NCBI RefSeq assembly: GCF_018420025.1
Contig: NZ_JAEDAM010000047.1
Location: 1-7,299 of the forward strand
Length of the DNA stretch: 7,299 nt
Origin: Candidatus Vampirococcus lugosii
GTDB taxonomy: Bacteria; Patescibacteriota; Gracilibacteria; Absconditabacterales; Absconditicoccaceae
Reading direction: 5' to 3'
Shown: positions 7,273 to 7,299 of the stretch, one piece after another
Layout: each line of letters opens with the position of its first letter
Numbering within the stretch: the stretch's first letter is position 1
Position numbers and translations under genes: made by a program
Notes under the pieces: model-generated
Told to the model about the DNA's origin: nothing
The model's database searches: none
Seen by the model: the letters and a program-made list of their open reading frames with translations, nothing else

Positions 7273-7299
7273 ATATATCATATTTAGTGTATATTTAAT

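Noticed and set aside
1-7299. A search for tRNA, rRNA or other structured RNA genes, CRISPR repeats, transposase or integrase genes, and terminal inverted repeats.
   Set aside because: None was found. After table-25 translation only about 480 nt remain non-coding, and this holds only short AT-rich spacers.

Overview
This is a very AT-rich 7.3-kb window (roughly three quarters A+T by eye). Under the standard code it looks almost non-coding, and the supplied track has only 7 short ORFs. Four of the minus-strand fragments (3739..4092, 5038..5307, 5944..6159, 6544..6840) share one reading frame, and every interruption between or beside them is TGA, never TAA or TAG. If TGA is read as a sense codon, the window becomes a compact, unidirectional minus-strand gene array that is about 93% coding (6820 of 7299 nt). 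The genes are a TatD-family hydrolase (7044..6244), a 1,321-codon orphan ORF (6159..2194), an MscS-family mechanosensitive channel (2172..1093), a DUF368/PopT-like membrane protein (1071..226), and the 5' end of an acidic tandem-repeat protein (127..<1). In the three recognisable families, in-frame TGAs fall on conserved glycines: GxHP, TG-NITF and PYRGK in TatD, the L-G-D motif in MscS, and both PGxSG(G/S) signatures in DUF368. TGG is still used where Trp is plausible. This supports translation table 25 (UGA=Gly) rather than table 4 (UGA=Trp). Table 25 is known only from Absconditabacteria/SR1 and Gracilibacteria/BD1-5 in the CPR/Patescibacteria. The most interesting object is the giant ORF, which ordinary gene calling cannot see. 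I could not recognise any domain, nucleotide-binding motif, signal peptide or TM segment in it, and it sits 21 nt upstream of two envelope genes. I found no rRNA, tRNA, CRISPR array or mobile element. All translations and counts were done by hand and should be recomputed.
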